A stretch of 64,000 bases of DNA from the human T2T-CHM13v2.0 reference genome, Homo sapiens. Below, piece by piece: positions 37,655-52,265 of this stretch; the first letter of the stretch is position 1, and every line of letters starts with the position of its first letter. The position numbers and the translations under genes were made by a program. Under the pieces are notes generated by a model. The model was not told where the DNA came from. It saw only the letters and a program-made list of their open reading frames with translations, and did no database searches. The stretch lies in NCBI GenBank assembly GCA_009914755.4, contig CP068257.2:26208001-26272000 (forward strand), given 5' to 3'.

Positions 37655-38060
37655 GTCATTTTGATAGACTGAGTAAAGATTGCCCTCACCAATGTGGGTG
37701 GAGCTCATGCAATGCATTGAGGACCCAAACAGAACAAAAAGGCAGAGGAAGGGAGAACTGGCTGTCTCTGCTTGAGCTGGGACAGCATCTTTTTCTTTCT
37801 TTGGACATCAGTTATTTGGTTCTCTGAACTTTGGACTCAAAATGGAATTTCTGCCATTGATTCCCCTGGTTCTCACACCTTGAAGTTTGGACTGGCACTA
37901 TACTACTTGCCTTCCTGGGCCTCTGGCTTGCAAACAGCAGTTGATGGGATTTCTCAGCCTCCAAAATCACATGACCCAATCCCTCATAATAATTATCTTT
38001 CTATATATTTTTATATAGGTATTGATTCTGTTTCTCTGGAGAACTCTGTCTGAAATAGAT
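37655..38060 (+). mobile_element. ERVL-MaLR-type LTR fragment (MLT1-like)
   Basis: The sequence reads gattgccctcaccaatgtgggtggagctcatgcaatgcattgaggacccaaacagaacaaaaaggcagaggaagggagaactggctgtctctgcttgagctgggacagcatct ... ggactcaaaatggaatttctgccattgattcccctggttctcacaccttgaagtttggactggcactatac ... ctcagcctccaaaatcacatgacccaatccctcataataattatc ... attgattctgtttctctggagaactctgtctgaa. It matches the MaLR LTR pattern of a ccctc..caatgtgggtggg...atccaat 5' part through to ...tggttctgtttctctggagaaccctgactaatacac at the end. Confidence 0.6.
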
Positions 38061-38212
38061 ATTTGGAAATAGCAAGCAAAAATTTCGGAAACTCTTCCTA
38101 GTCAAAATATAAAGTAGACAATTAATTACCCTCATGGAGTAGTAGCATCCCGGGCAATATATTTTGCTAATGCAGCAAAATACAATTGTTAGTTGACTCA
38201 CACTTGCTCTAA

Positions 38213-38234
38213 GTCTATCTATCTATCTATATAT
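38213..38234. repeat. (TCTA)n microsatellite, about 5 units
   Basis: Direct reading shows tctatctatctatctatctata. Confidence 0.7.
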
Positions 38235-39839
38235 GATTTTTTTTGTCTCTTTCAATTTTCTTATGCTGATCACGACGATCAGAAGACTGGTTTTTAGACT
38301 ACTGGTAACTACTACAAGTTTGAAATATTTAATTTGAGTTAATTCATATACCATTATGAGAAAGTTTGAGAGAAACTTAATGCTCAATTAACAAATAATT
38401 TAAATATTATTTCCATTTTATTACTTGATTCCCCAAGTCTTTCAGTGGCTGCCTTGGATAATAGGTATGCTTTGGAATGTACACGTGAGCTTTCAAAAGC
38501 AAAACAAAATGAATTATGACATTCTTTTATGAAGTAGAATTTCTGAGAGTAATTCAGTGTAAGTAAAATCAATATAAACATCTATATTACCCCTGATTGA
38601 TGGGAAAAGGATAATATACTATCAAAACTACCTTGAAAGTAATCATAAAGTGGATTTTCCACTCAGGATAACTTTTCACAGTTTTATTCCCTAGAAGAGA
38701 ATGTTACGTGCTATTAAACCTCATGAACCCTTGACCTTGGTTCATATAAAGACAGTGAGAACTGGTCCCAGTTATTAAAGAAATTTGGCATAGACACATT
38801 CTTGCTTTTATAGTAAGAAATAATAAGGTTTTCTTTCACTCTGGGGAGAGGCTATTAAAGCTAAATATTACAATGATTTTTAAGGGAGAGAGTTCGTTTT
38901 GACAATCCAAGAGAAGTGTATGTTTCGCATAAATACATAATGTAGAGGAGATTTGTGATTTTATAAAGATGACCAAAAGTAAAAACAAAGTAAGTGTGTT
39001 AACATATGGAAGAATAAGAAACATTCCTGTTAGACCAGCTTCTAAAAACAATTTGAATTATTAGACGGAGATTACATTTCATTTTATAAAGAGCAAAAAT
39101 TAGATAGGTAATTGTCCTGTTACAAATTATTGGAGAATATTTTATATATTTAAATAATTCACTACCAATGACTGCATGAACAGAAATACAGATTACATTT
39201 ACTGTCCCTCTCTATTAGAGGAAGTTTAATTTTATGATTGTGTCTGGAATTGGTGGGTTCTTGGTCTGACTTCAAGAATGATGCCGCGGACCTTCGCAGC
39301 GAGTGTTACAATTCTTAAAGATGGTGTGTCTGGAGTCTGTTCCTTCATATTTTCAGATGCGTCCCGAGTTTCTTCTTTCTGGTGGGTTCGTGGGTTCGTG
39401 GTCGCGCTGACTTCAGGGGTGAAGCTGCAGACCTTCCCCGTGAGTGTTACAGCTCTTAAAGGTGGCACATCTGGAGTTGTCATTCCTTCCGGTGGGTTCC
39501 TGGTCTCGCTGGCCTCAGGACTGAAACTGCAGACCTTCCAGATGAGTGTTACAGTTCATAAAGGTGGTGTCCAGAGTTGTTGGTTCCTCCCATCCAGAGT
39601 TGTTCCACTCTCCCCATGGTTCATGGTCTCGCTGGCTTCAGCAGTTAAGCCGCAGACCTGCACTGTGAGTGTTACAGCTTATAAAGGCGGCACAGACCCA
39701 AAGAGTGAACAGCAGCAATATTTATTGCAAAGAGGGAAAGAACAAAGCCACCACAGCATGGAAGGTGACCTGAGAGGGTTGCAGCTGCTGGCTCGGGTGG
39801 TCTGCTTTTATTCCCTTATCTGGTCCCACCCACATCCTG

Positions 39840-39965
39840 CTGATTGGTCCATTTTACAGAGAGCTGATTGGTCCATTTTACAGAGAGCTGATTGGTACGT
39901 TTGGACAGAGTGCTTATTGGTGTGTTTACAAACCTTTAGCTAGACACAGAGTGCTGATTGGTGCG
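39840..39965 (+). promoter_or_regulatory. Cluster of 4-5 CCAAT-box (ATTGG, reverse orientation) repeats in LTR12 U3, the canonical NF-Y site array of this LTR family
   Basis: The motif ctgattggt occurs at 39840, 39864, 39887 and 39952, with a degenerate tgcttattggtg at 39911. LTR12 promoter activity is reported in the literature to depend on such NF-Y and Sp1 sites. Confidence 0.6.
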
Positions 39966-40019
39966 TTTACAATCCTTTAGCTAGATGGAAAAGTTCTCCA
40001 AGTCCCTACCCGGGCCAGA

Positions 40020-40489
40020 AGCCCAGCCGGTTTCACCTCTCACTGGCACTGGCTGCGGGACTTTGCGGCACTTATCCCGGGCACTCCGGCAGCCTAGAGA
40101 AAGCTCCTCCCAGACAATCAAGAGGAAAAGAGGGGAAGCAAGAAAGAGACGGAGACCCGCCATCGTGGCCAAAGACCCCGCGAAGAGGGAACGGTGGTCG
40201 ACGCACGGGACCCAGCCTCCGATCAAGCCCAGCAGGCGCTGAGATCACGCCCACCCAGACCGCACGCCGGCCGGCCAGCGCTGGGCGCAGCCCCGGCTCC
40301 TGCTGGCACCTCTCTCTTCACACTTCCCCAAGAGCAGAGGGAGCCGGCTCAGGCCTCGGCCAGCCCCAGAGAAGGGCCCTCATAGTGCAGAGGTGTGCTG
40401 AAGGGCTCCTGGAGCGCAGCCAGAGCGGACGCGGAGGCCGAGGAAGCGCCGAGAGCCAGCGAGGGCTGCTAGCACGTTGTCACCTCTCA
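40020..40489 (+). promoter_or_regulatory. CpG-rich, GC-rich segment (3' part of LTR12), the only CpG-island-like stretch in the window
   Basis: Dense CpGs are visible, for example cgccatcgtggccaaagaccccgcgaagagggaacggtggtcgacgcacgggacc ... ccgcacgccggccggccagcgctgggcgcagccccggctcc ... gcgcagccagagcggacgcggaggccgaggaagcgccgagagccagcgagggc. This contrasts with near-absence of CpG elsewhere. Confidence 0.7.
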
Positions 40490-40538
40490 TGATGTTGTAA
40501 AATAAGAAAGGGTAAATGTTATTTAAGAATTCCTTCCT

Positions 40539-40888
<350 letters not shown>

Positions 40889-43800
40889 TCAAAAGATACA
40901 AAAAATCTATAAGAGTTAAGCAAAGCTATATTTATTTTGCTGCAACACTACTATGCACAGTGACATGGTCAAGTTGCTTTTTATAATGATTTATAGTGAT
41001 ATTAATTTGCGTCAGTCATTTTCATGACCCCAAAGCCAACTCAATAATACCAGAAAATACTTGTTTGCTTGCCTACATTTTGTAATAATCCAATGTCCTG
41101 AAATAAAAATGAATATTTTCTTCCTGGAAATAAAGTGAGATAATTTTCTTCTTCCAAGAGAGTCATGAAACAAGAACAGAATGACATTATACTAAACTAT
41201 TTCACAAATATGGGTCAACAGTGGAGGCTTTTTTGTTCATTTATGTAAATTTGATTTGGCTCTATTTTCCTGAGTTGCATTTTATGCTTCTTTCACCTGC
41301 CTTGCCAAATGAAAAGAAAAATCATTTATTTATTAAAACATACACTAATACAAGAAAATAATTTCACTCTTCACAAACTTTGGCATTATGAAGTCACTGG
41401 TTACTGGAGATTTAATTTCTGTAACATATCTGAAGTGCTTATTTTTTTCTTTCCATGAAGGAAACCTTTTGGAATTAAGATATGGTACATTTAACTAAAC
41501 GAGGATTGCATTTGCTGTTTCTGTGATAACATTTTACATCTGAAATTCCAATAAATATTTCTCTTCTTGCTTTGAGGTGGTTTAGTTAATCATTCAGGTG
41601 GTTGGCTTTCATAAGAAGTAAAGGCGCGCCAGCATTTATAGTTTCCCAGAGTTCGTTTTTTGCCTCAAGCTTGTATTTATTCTTATTACACTCACTAGCT
41701 TAGATACCAGGTGAATACCTGGGAGAAAGAAAAAATTAATTTAAAAAGTAATAAAAATAAAAGAACAAAAAAACACAAAACTATTCAACATGCCAGCAAT
41801 CCTGTTCTCTTAAGAAACCTACCTGTTTTTTTCAATGCGTATAAGTTTTAGCATTTTATAGCAATTAGATGAGTCTCTATATCATTAGAACTTAGGTCCT
41901 TGGAATTAGGACAATACTATTTTCTGCAATAAATATTTGGCTCTAGAAATCTATTTTGACCTGTACTATAATGCATAGCAGCAGAATTAAAATATTGTGT
42001 GTTATCATCAAAAGTTTCAGCCTTATTTTTTCACATTTGAATATAAATATTAAAATGATGAAGGCCCCTTTTAGTCTTTTTATTCTTAGAGAAGGCTGAA
42101 TAAATGTTATAAAACAAGAAAAAGACTGTAAAAGAATAATTGCTAATTATAAAAAAAATTTTAAATATATCATCAAGCCATAATAGCGGTTCTCTATTTC
42201 CTTTTTTAATTTAAAATGGACATGAACAAACTTTCATAATACCTTTGTGGAATCTAGTTAGAGCTTTACTCCATTACAGAACAGAAACTTTTCACTGTGA
42301 AGAGATCAAAAGCACTGCTTTCCTTTGTGGCAAATGAACATTTAATTATCTAACGCTAAATAAAATTTGCTGGCAAAAGATATGCTAGTAAAAAAACAAC
42401 ACAAGGCTTTTTTCTGACAGTATGATTTACATAGCTACATTTTCATTACTTTTATTTTTCTACATAACTAGTGTCTTTTCAGTTGCAAATGTTTGACATT
42501 CTGACAAGTAGTGTGGCAGAGTCTTAGATTATAGGTTGCATTTAGCCAAAAGAAAGACTTCGAATGGAATTTTTTTCTATTGACACACTTTCTAACAACA
42601 TACTTATTTTCTAAAAAGGTTTTTATAACTTAGTGTTGATAATATCAAATATCTAAGCAATTTTGCTTAAAAAGCATAGAACACCAATATTTAATGAAGA
42701 TTAGTTAAATAGCACACATTGACTACTTGTTTAAAAATATTCAGAAAAGTTTTGACACATGCTAAAGTGCTGAAGTATGGTTTTGGCCTTCCATAAAAAT
42801 AATATATTGTGCATAAATGGAAGCAGAATGAAGAAAGCGATGAGAAAACATCTAGAAAATTGCTAGTGTGGTAAACATATTAAAATAATTTGGCATGGGA
42901 AATGTTTTTTCTCTTTTAAATTTAATTATGGTAAGAAAGAAGAGCATTTTAAAGAAGATGTTAATTTCCATCAACAATATGCAAGAGAAACTAATGTAGA
43001 GTATGTATATTAGAGAAACACATAACTGCATATATGTATGGTTAAAACTTAATGCCTTCTGGCTTTGTCATTTATAAGAATTATTACCTACACAAGGAGT
43101 ACTGTGCTGAACCCTTTGCATTTCCTTAGTTTTATCACATAAAAGCAAACACATCTCCATTTTCTAGATTTTCTTTCTTTTTTTTTTTTTTTTTTTGGTG
43201 TTCACCTGGTATTTACCTCTAAATTTCTAAATAACTGTGCAAAGGAGGGTTAACCCAATAGATGAGATTGCTCAAACCTTCCACATTCCCAAGAAAAATC
43301 TATTTTCCGGACTAGTCCCTGGCTGGCTCATGGAAGCTTAAGCACTGGGCTTCTCAGAGTCATGAAAATAAGGTCGCTCCACTTTTTACTCTTTGGTTCT
43401 TGGACTCATACAGTCTATCTTAATGGTTAAATGACCGTCAGGTCAACACACATTCTGCATCTCAAAGGACAACACTACAATCCCACGCATATTATCTCCA
43501 AGTTTATGCTTAGCTTCACTTTTAATTTTCTCAGGCCTCACCTTTTTGGGTGATATGGGGTTTAGTATGCAACCGTCTTGTGTCCATTAACACACCTCTT
43601 TCACCATAAAACAGGTTTCTTTGCCTGTGAGTATATAATACAGGGTCCCATGCCAATATATCTGTGAACAATACTATCCTTAAGTAGTAGTATGGTCCTA
43701 GCCATTGCTGGCAAGAAAAGCAAATTTTAAATGAGCCTTACTCAAAACCAACTGCTCCCCTTTTTGGAATGATCCTAAATGCTCAACTTGCAACCAAGTG

Positions 43801-45876
43801 GCTGGTTGGCCTCCCCATAGAACAGTGTCCTGTTGAGGTCATGGTTTCTGATGATGACAGGATGGATATTCTGCAGCCACAATAGAAACCTGGATGAGAG
43901 GGAGCCTATGCTGTTGGCTTGCCAGCAGCCACCTTGGCTACCTCCACTATGAGCGCCTCCACTATAAGGAGCTAAGGAGAGATACTAGCTGGCATTTGCT
44001 GGATAAAAGACATCCCATCCACTTTGTTGTTTAGTGTCTGCTCTTCAGTGGGTGTTCTCTGATGGGCAGTGATGTAAGATAACAATACATCTTCTTTCTA
44101 CCTGATTCCATGTGTTCATCTACACTACTTTTTCCCAAATCGAGGTCAGTGTTAGGGCTCTGAACACAATACCCTAAAGTTTGGTACCTGGTGTGCTGAG
44201 TACTTTGAACTAAAGGAGATTGGAAGGACCTCAGAAGCAAGGTCTTTCTGACTTCTTATCCTCCTGTTTCCTTCTTCTCTTTCTTTGCTGAAGTCAGTCA
44301 TGGAACTCAGAATTCCTATTCTCCAAGGTGGATCATAGAAAGTAAAATTCTTCTTCCCCGAGGCACGTCATGGAAACAAAAATTCTCTTCCAAAGCAAGC
44401 CATAAAACCTAGAAGGCTCATTCTAACTTTTTTCCCTTCTCCCTTGCAGACACTTATTCTAGGAAGGTCCTGCCCACACCTAGGAGGAAGAAACCCTACA
44501 CAAAGAGGCTAATAAATATTTGAATAGAAAGGCATTATTGTGCTTCCCCCTTCAGTCTATTACCAATGGATTATACACTTTTGTCTAGTCAGCTTTCTAC
44601 GTGGATACCCATTCTTCATGAGCCTAAGCATCAAAATAGACAGTTCCCCCTGGGTCATTGGGTCTTCATTTCTGAAGGCTCCTGTGTCATGTAAAAAACT
44701 GATTAAATAAATTGCTATCCTTTTCTCTTGTTAATCTCTGTCTTTTGTTACAGGAGTGTCAGCCATGACCTATGATGTGTGAAGAAAGATATCTCACACC
44801 TTTCTACCCCTTCACCGCTGTCTATTCCACTCTTAACCTGCACTCAACTACTGTGACTCTCCTCTTGGTCTCTTATCCCAGAGTACTGTGACTCTACCTC
44901 TAAGCCTTGCTTCCTGCTCTTGTGCCATTTTTTACATCTTTCTCTAATCTTACGGATTAAATTATATCCATTTGAACGTCTGGGATGAAATCTGTTTTCT
45001 GATGCATCCCTTACAAATATAAGGACATTTCAACAAATATTTAAGGGAGGATATCTCAGAGGAGGCTGTTTTGGACAGAATTAACACCAAGATCTAATAA
45101 TGAAATCATACCTTGCCTGGATCTTTGAAAAACAGTACGACCAGTGTGAATGAATGGAGCAACCAAGAGGTTAGGCAGTAGGAGATGAGGCCAGAGAAGA
45201 AAGAGGGTGTGGTAGCCCCCTAATCCTGGCACTTACTTCCACTGGATCTAAAATCCAGCACGGAATTATGCTGACCACATCAGCCTAACTAATATTGATC
45301 TAAGTAACATTTATGTTCTAGCACCTAAATCAGGAGTCTGCAAAGGATAGCCCACTGCCAAAATCTGGCCCACTCTCCAGTTTTTGTAACTAAAATGTTA
45401 TCAGAACTCAGCCAAGTCCATTCATTTACAAACTGTCTACGGTGGCAGAGACAATACGGCTCACAAAGTCTAAAATATTTACTCTCTGGCTCTTTATAGA
45501 AAAAATTTGCTGACCCCTTGTCTAAATTATAGCAAGTATGAAATCCTCTATCATCAGCAATGGCATAGAAGGCAGCATAGGAATTTTTAAATTTGCCCTT
45601 GAATTATATTGTAAGCCTTATGTATGAGGTCCTATTTTTGCAAAGTGCTGAGCACCCCGTCCTATAATGAGGAGTGCCCACTTTCCTTTCTCAATTGGTC
45701 TGTCTTATAACATTTACGAAGAGACTCACAGTCTCTCTGTGGCCTTGTATTCTTGGCTAATATCCCTTTTTTTTCTTCCTGGAGTACTCTCTACTCTGTC
45801 TTAGAGTTTCCAACTGTTTATCTGAAGTAGTGGTGTCAGCCTCTGCAATGCTTTCTGTTCTACAGGGTGTAGGGTC

Positions 45877-46182
45877 TTTTTTTTTTTTTTTTTTTTTTTT
45901 TTGAGACAGGGTTTCACTTCCTTGCCCATGCTGGATCACAGTGGCATGATAATGGCTCACTGCAGCCTTGACCTCCTAGTCCCAAACTAATCATCCCAAC
46001 AGCCTCCCAAGTAGCTGGGACTACAGGTACACACCATCGTGCCTGGCTAACTTTTGAACTGTTTTGTAGAGGTTTCCCCATTTTGCCTAGGCTGGTCATG
46101 AACTCCCGGCCTCAAGCCATCCAACCCACCTCAGCCTTCCAAAGCACTGAGATTACAGGCATAAGCCACAGTGCCCAGCTGA
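45877..46182 (-). mobile_element. Alu SINE, old (AluJ-like), antisense, with 25-nt poly(T) and TSD
   Basis: Poly(T) is followed by gagacagggtttcacttccttgcccatgctggatcacagtggcatgataatggctcactgcagccttgacctcctagtcccaaactaatcatcccaacagcctcccaagtagctgggactacaggtacacaccatcgtgcctggctaa ... cctcagccttccaaagcactgagattacaggcataagccacagtgcccagc. The TSD is gtgtagggtct (45868-45878) and gtgtagggtct (46183-46193). Confidence 0.9.
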
Positions 46183-49073
46183 GTGTAGGGTCTTGATCCT
46201 CTGGTCTGTCCCACCTTGTCTTCTTTTGCTACAAGTAATTAGACAAAGTTCTAAGGTACAACAGGGATGCTGAGTCTAGTTTGTTTAAAGATACTATTCA
46301 GTTCCTATGAAAAGATCCATGAGTGTGTAGCTTGGTTTTTAGTACAGCCTTGACAAGTTAATCCAGTAGAGAAACCTGCATGCAAATGTGATTTCTGATT
46401 ATAGCCTTGGCTACTTACGCAGTTTTTGGTGTTACTGAATTTTTTTAAACAACTTTCCAATTTCACAGGCTTACCCAAGGGTATGATCAGTGAAAACCAC
46501 AGCTTCTTTGTTAGTTGTAAAGGACTCGGAAGTCAGTGATGGCTGTTGTTGACTCACTCATAAACAGCACATTAAGGAAAAGGAAGTTGAACAGTCGTCT
46601 ACAGTTGTAAAAGGAGCACAAATAGTCTCTGTTTAATTTTTTTTTCTTTTTATATGTGGCCCGTCTAACAATTCTATCATGATCATCGTCAATCATTATC
46701 ATCCTCCTCAACAAAGCTCTAATTTTATTTAGTTTCAGAAAAATTTAAGCTGATGGCAGTTCAATCCCTTTGAACCTGTGATTGAGATCATATTGTTCTT
46801 TAATTGTGAAGCCTCATTTAGATTAATATTAATAAAATATTTATATAAATTTTGATGATTTTATAAATGTAGTCTTGACAGAATGATATGATCTCAATCA
46901 CAGAATAGTATTTGTGAGAAACCAATGCTACCTCATTCAGTAACTTTACCTTATATAGTTATTGGCTGTTTAGTTTTTCTTCTTCGTGGTCAAACAAAAC
47001 ATAGTAATCAGATTTACAAACCTAGTAATCAGATTATGAGATTATTCAACTCAAATATATACAATATAATTGTACTACATGAGCTGTTTGTACAAACATT
47101 TTCACTAACATCACCAGAATTGAGAAATATGTAAAGTAATGTATATTTTTTATTAGATAGTTTAATTCCAGCCAAGTATCAAGCCGTTTCCATAATCTGA
47201 CATACTAGCTAAGGGAAAATAATGAGGCCACTCAGAAGTTTCTTTTTCTAGTTGTCTCAGTAGCTTGGATGTGATAAGCATGAAAAAACATGAATTGCTA
47301 AACCAAATTAAAAAAAAATTTCTGAAACTATATAACACTTCTGAGAGGGCTGCAGATTTGTTAGCAGGTTGTTTTTCAGTCTGAAAAAAATGATTAAATA
47401 TTTCTACTGGGAATGGAACATTTCAGTCATAACAAAATATAAACTCTAAGGAAGCTAATACTAATATTGTTTGTTAAAATCCTTTTGTATTCTTTGCTTT
47501 TCATGGAGGGAGAGAGTTAAGTTACAAGGGAATGGTGAACCACAACAAATGAAAAGTCGTTTTGTGAGTAGTGTACCTTTGCATTGCTGTATTTCGAAAG
47601 GTTTGCAAAAAAAAAAATGAAAAAGAATGTCAATTATTTTTCTCTAAAATTGTGCCTAATTATGTTATATGATATTAAGTTAACTAATGTTTAAAGAGAA
47701 TACATAGTATGCAAAATACTTCACACTTCACACATATCATTTTTAATTGAATTGTTAAAAAAAAATAAGCACAATTGCCCCTGTTTCACCAATGATTAAA
47801 TTAAGATGGCCATAATCTATGGAAGCTGCCCAAAGAAAAACAGTGATGGAGTCAGATATAAATGAGTCAGACTCCAAATCCCAATCCCTTTTTCATAAAG
47901 TGTTTAGTAAATATTTTGATCTAAAATGTAAGAGTGTGGCTATAAAAATGCCAACTATATAATAGTTTGATTCTTGTTTCTATTTATTTGAAACCTAATT
48001 AGTGTATTTCCACAGTATATAACATAATGCTAAAAGAGAAATTTGGTATTTTCAGTTTCCTTTAAATTTTCTGACCTGATTTTATTTTATAAACAATTTG
48101 CATTTACCAGAATGTTAGAAACTCGGTAATTATGTTTTGGTTCAGTGTTTTTTACCTGCCATCTACTTTACATAAAAAACATTTCTGTAAAAGGAAGCAG
48201 ATTTTAATGAGCAAGCTACACAGAAATTTTCATCTCACACTTAACAATGGATATTATTGTTCTTATAATTTGCACTTCTCAGTCATAAGACATCCCTCTG
48301 TGGTTGTCATAATTGGTCTAATGAATTTCTTAAAATAAATGAAAGTCTAATTTGATCCGGTGCCCATGAACAATCCACTCATTCAAATCTAAATCACTGA
48401 CCTGATTTGAAGACGAATCATGCCAAAATGAAGTCATGCTTTCCTATTAAGTGTGTTGCCTCAGTGCAAGCTTTTGAATGGCTTGTTCTTAAGGTTTGAA
48501 GTGGGGATTTCCAGTGACAAAGAAACACAATTTGATCTCATAACCCTAGACACCCAGACTTATTTTAAATGACAGAGACTTAAGATTGAGAGAAAATCTG
48601 AGTCATCGTCCAGTTCAGTACTTTTCACTTAGTGGGAAATGTTCTGGTCACCTTGGGTTTGAACAGTTTAGCAACATTGCAGGATCTTCTACAGATGCAT
48701 ACATAAGCATTTGAACAAATTCTCTAGGTAGGCAAAGATCATTGCAGCTGAATGTCTAATGATCTTTATCGCAGACTTATCTATCCAATGTTCCAGGGTA
48801 AATGTTCTATTATTAACATTCCTGAGGAAATACATTCATGGATATATATGTTTAGCTATATTATTTAACTACTATTTCAAATCTATATCAAGACTGGTCT
48901 TAACATTTCTAAAATAAGTAACTATATCAACATCATAAAAAATGCTGCCACATTTTTTTCGAGAAAGAAATACTCTCTAGACATAGTGTTAAACCTTTCT
49001 GCATTAGAACTAAAAACCGTGAAAAGAAGAACAGTTTTTATTGTGTTAAGACACTGATTGCTGGTTAGGAAAG

Positions 49074-49125
49074 AGTGTGTGTGTGTGTGTGTGTGTGTGT
49101 CAGAGAGACAGAGAGAGAGAAAAGC
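49074..49125. repeat. Compound microsatellite (GT)about 14 followed by an interrupted (GA)n
   Basis: Direct reading shows gtgtgtgtgtgtgtgtgtgtgtgtgtcagagagacagagagagagaaaag. Confidence 0.85.
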
Positions 49126-49639
49126 AGGGGAAGCTTGTAATGCATAATCAAATAGTAAGGTTATGAGAGATTTATCCCAGATTATCTATAATTTTCATTG
49201 GTCCATGAATGGTGGAGGAAAGGTAAAAATATCTTTAATTCCAGATTTCATCTTTGGCCACCAACAAAGGGGCATCACTTATCCTATTGGTTTTAAATAC
49301 CAATGAACTAGTGTAAAAGATGAGGATTCATAAATTATTTCACTCAGAACAAAGCTTTCAAATGTCTGAAACTAGCCAGAATCTTGTCAACAATTTCCAA
49401 AATCAGATTCTGAAATTTGATGTTGTTTGCAAAACTCCTTCACCAAGATTCCCAAGAAAGGAAAATGATAGGAGTGAAGTTTGGGAGAGAGGACATAATA
49501 AAAACATAAAATTGAAGAATTTGTTCTTGATCATTGTGGAAATAGGAGAATACCATATTTTATATTTATTAATTAACTTGTCTCTAATGACAGAAAGAAA
49601 TGTAAAGAAATACTATGAACACCACAAAATTAGACAGCC

Positions 49640-51880
<2,241 letters not shown>

Positions 51881-52265
51881 GTTGAAAAATAAAAGAAAAA
51901 ATTGAAAGAACACACACTACCCAATTACTACAAAGCCAGGTAATCAAATCAGTATGATCCTGGCACATGGATAAACATACAGGCCAATGGAATAAAATTG
52001 AGAGTTCAGAAATAAACCTATACATCTATGGAAAATCGATTTTTAACAAGAGCACTCACCTTGCTTAATGAGTTTCTATCTGAGTTGAGAATTTCTCCCT
52101 GGGATGATAAAAAGTTTTGCAAATAATGATGATGGTTGCATAGCATTGCAAATGTAATCGACACCACTAAATGATATATGTAAAATAATTAAGATATCAA
52201 ATTTTATTTTATGTGCATTATACCCCAAGGAAAAAAAATAAAAAGGAAATAAAACAGAATGTATG
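51881..52265 (+). mobile_element. Additional short L1 pieces: an ORF2 segment duplicating the region at 50340-50510, plus an old L1 3'-end-like tail
   Basis: 51895-52060 (cacactacccaattactacaaagccaggtaatcaaatcagtatgatcctggcacatggataaacatacaggccaatggaataaaattgagagttcagaaataaacctatacatctatggaaaatcgatttttaacaagagcac) is about 85% identical to 50345-50510 and is the L1 ORF2 segment ...QWNRIE.PEINPHIYGQLIF.KGAK.... 52060-52265 contains gatggttgcatagcattgcaaatgtaatcgacaccactaaatgatatatgtaaaataattaagatatcaaattttattttatgtgcattat, resembling an old L1M 3' end. Confidence 0.6.

Larger units (their letters stand above)
39238..40489 (+). mobile_element. LTR12 (HERV9 family) solo LTR, about 1.25 kb
   Basis: The 5' part reads tgtgtctggaattggtgggttcttggtctgacttcaagaatgatgccgcggaccttcgcagcgagtgttacaattcttaaag. 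About 4 tandem 95-100-bp U3 repeats follow, of the form gtgagtgttacagctcttaaaggtgg...ggtgggttc(c/g)tggtctcgctg(a/g)cttcagg(a/g)(g/c)tgaa(g/a)ctgcagacctt. Next is acccaaagagtgaacagcagcaatatttattgcaaagagggaaagaacaaagccaccacagcatggaaggtgacctgagagggttgcagctgctggctcgggtggtctgcttttattcccttatctggtcccacccacatcctg. Repeated gctgattggtccattttacagagag and ctgattggtgcgtttaca(a/t)(a/t)cctttagctagac boxes come next, then a GC-rich 3' part ending ...gagggctgctagcacgttgtcacctctca. The whole element is collinear with the LTR12 consensus as I recall it. The subfamily (12C/D/E) is not resolvable by eye. Confidence 0.85.

Noticed and set aside
38250-38290. Near-palindromic gctgatcacgacgatcagaag
   Set aside because: On checking, it is a direct repeat of tgatca.cgatca and not a true inverted repeat. 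It is too short to be meaningful.
39278-39943. 221-aa plus-strand ORF, the longest in the window
   Set aside because: It lies entirely within the LTR12 U3 tandem repeats. The repeated peptide (…VTALKGGTSGVV…LASGLKLQTF…) is just the 95-100-bp repeat read in frame, and there is no start or stop context or homology to suggest a gene.
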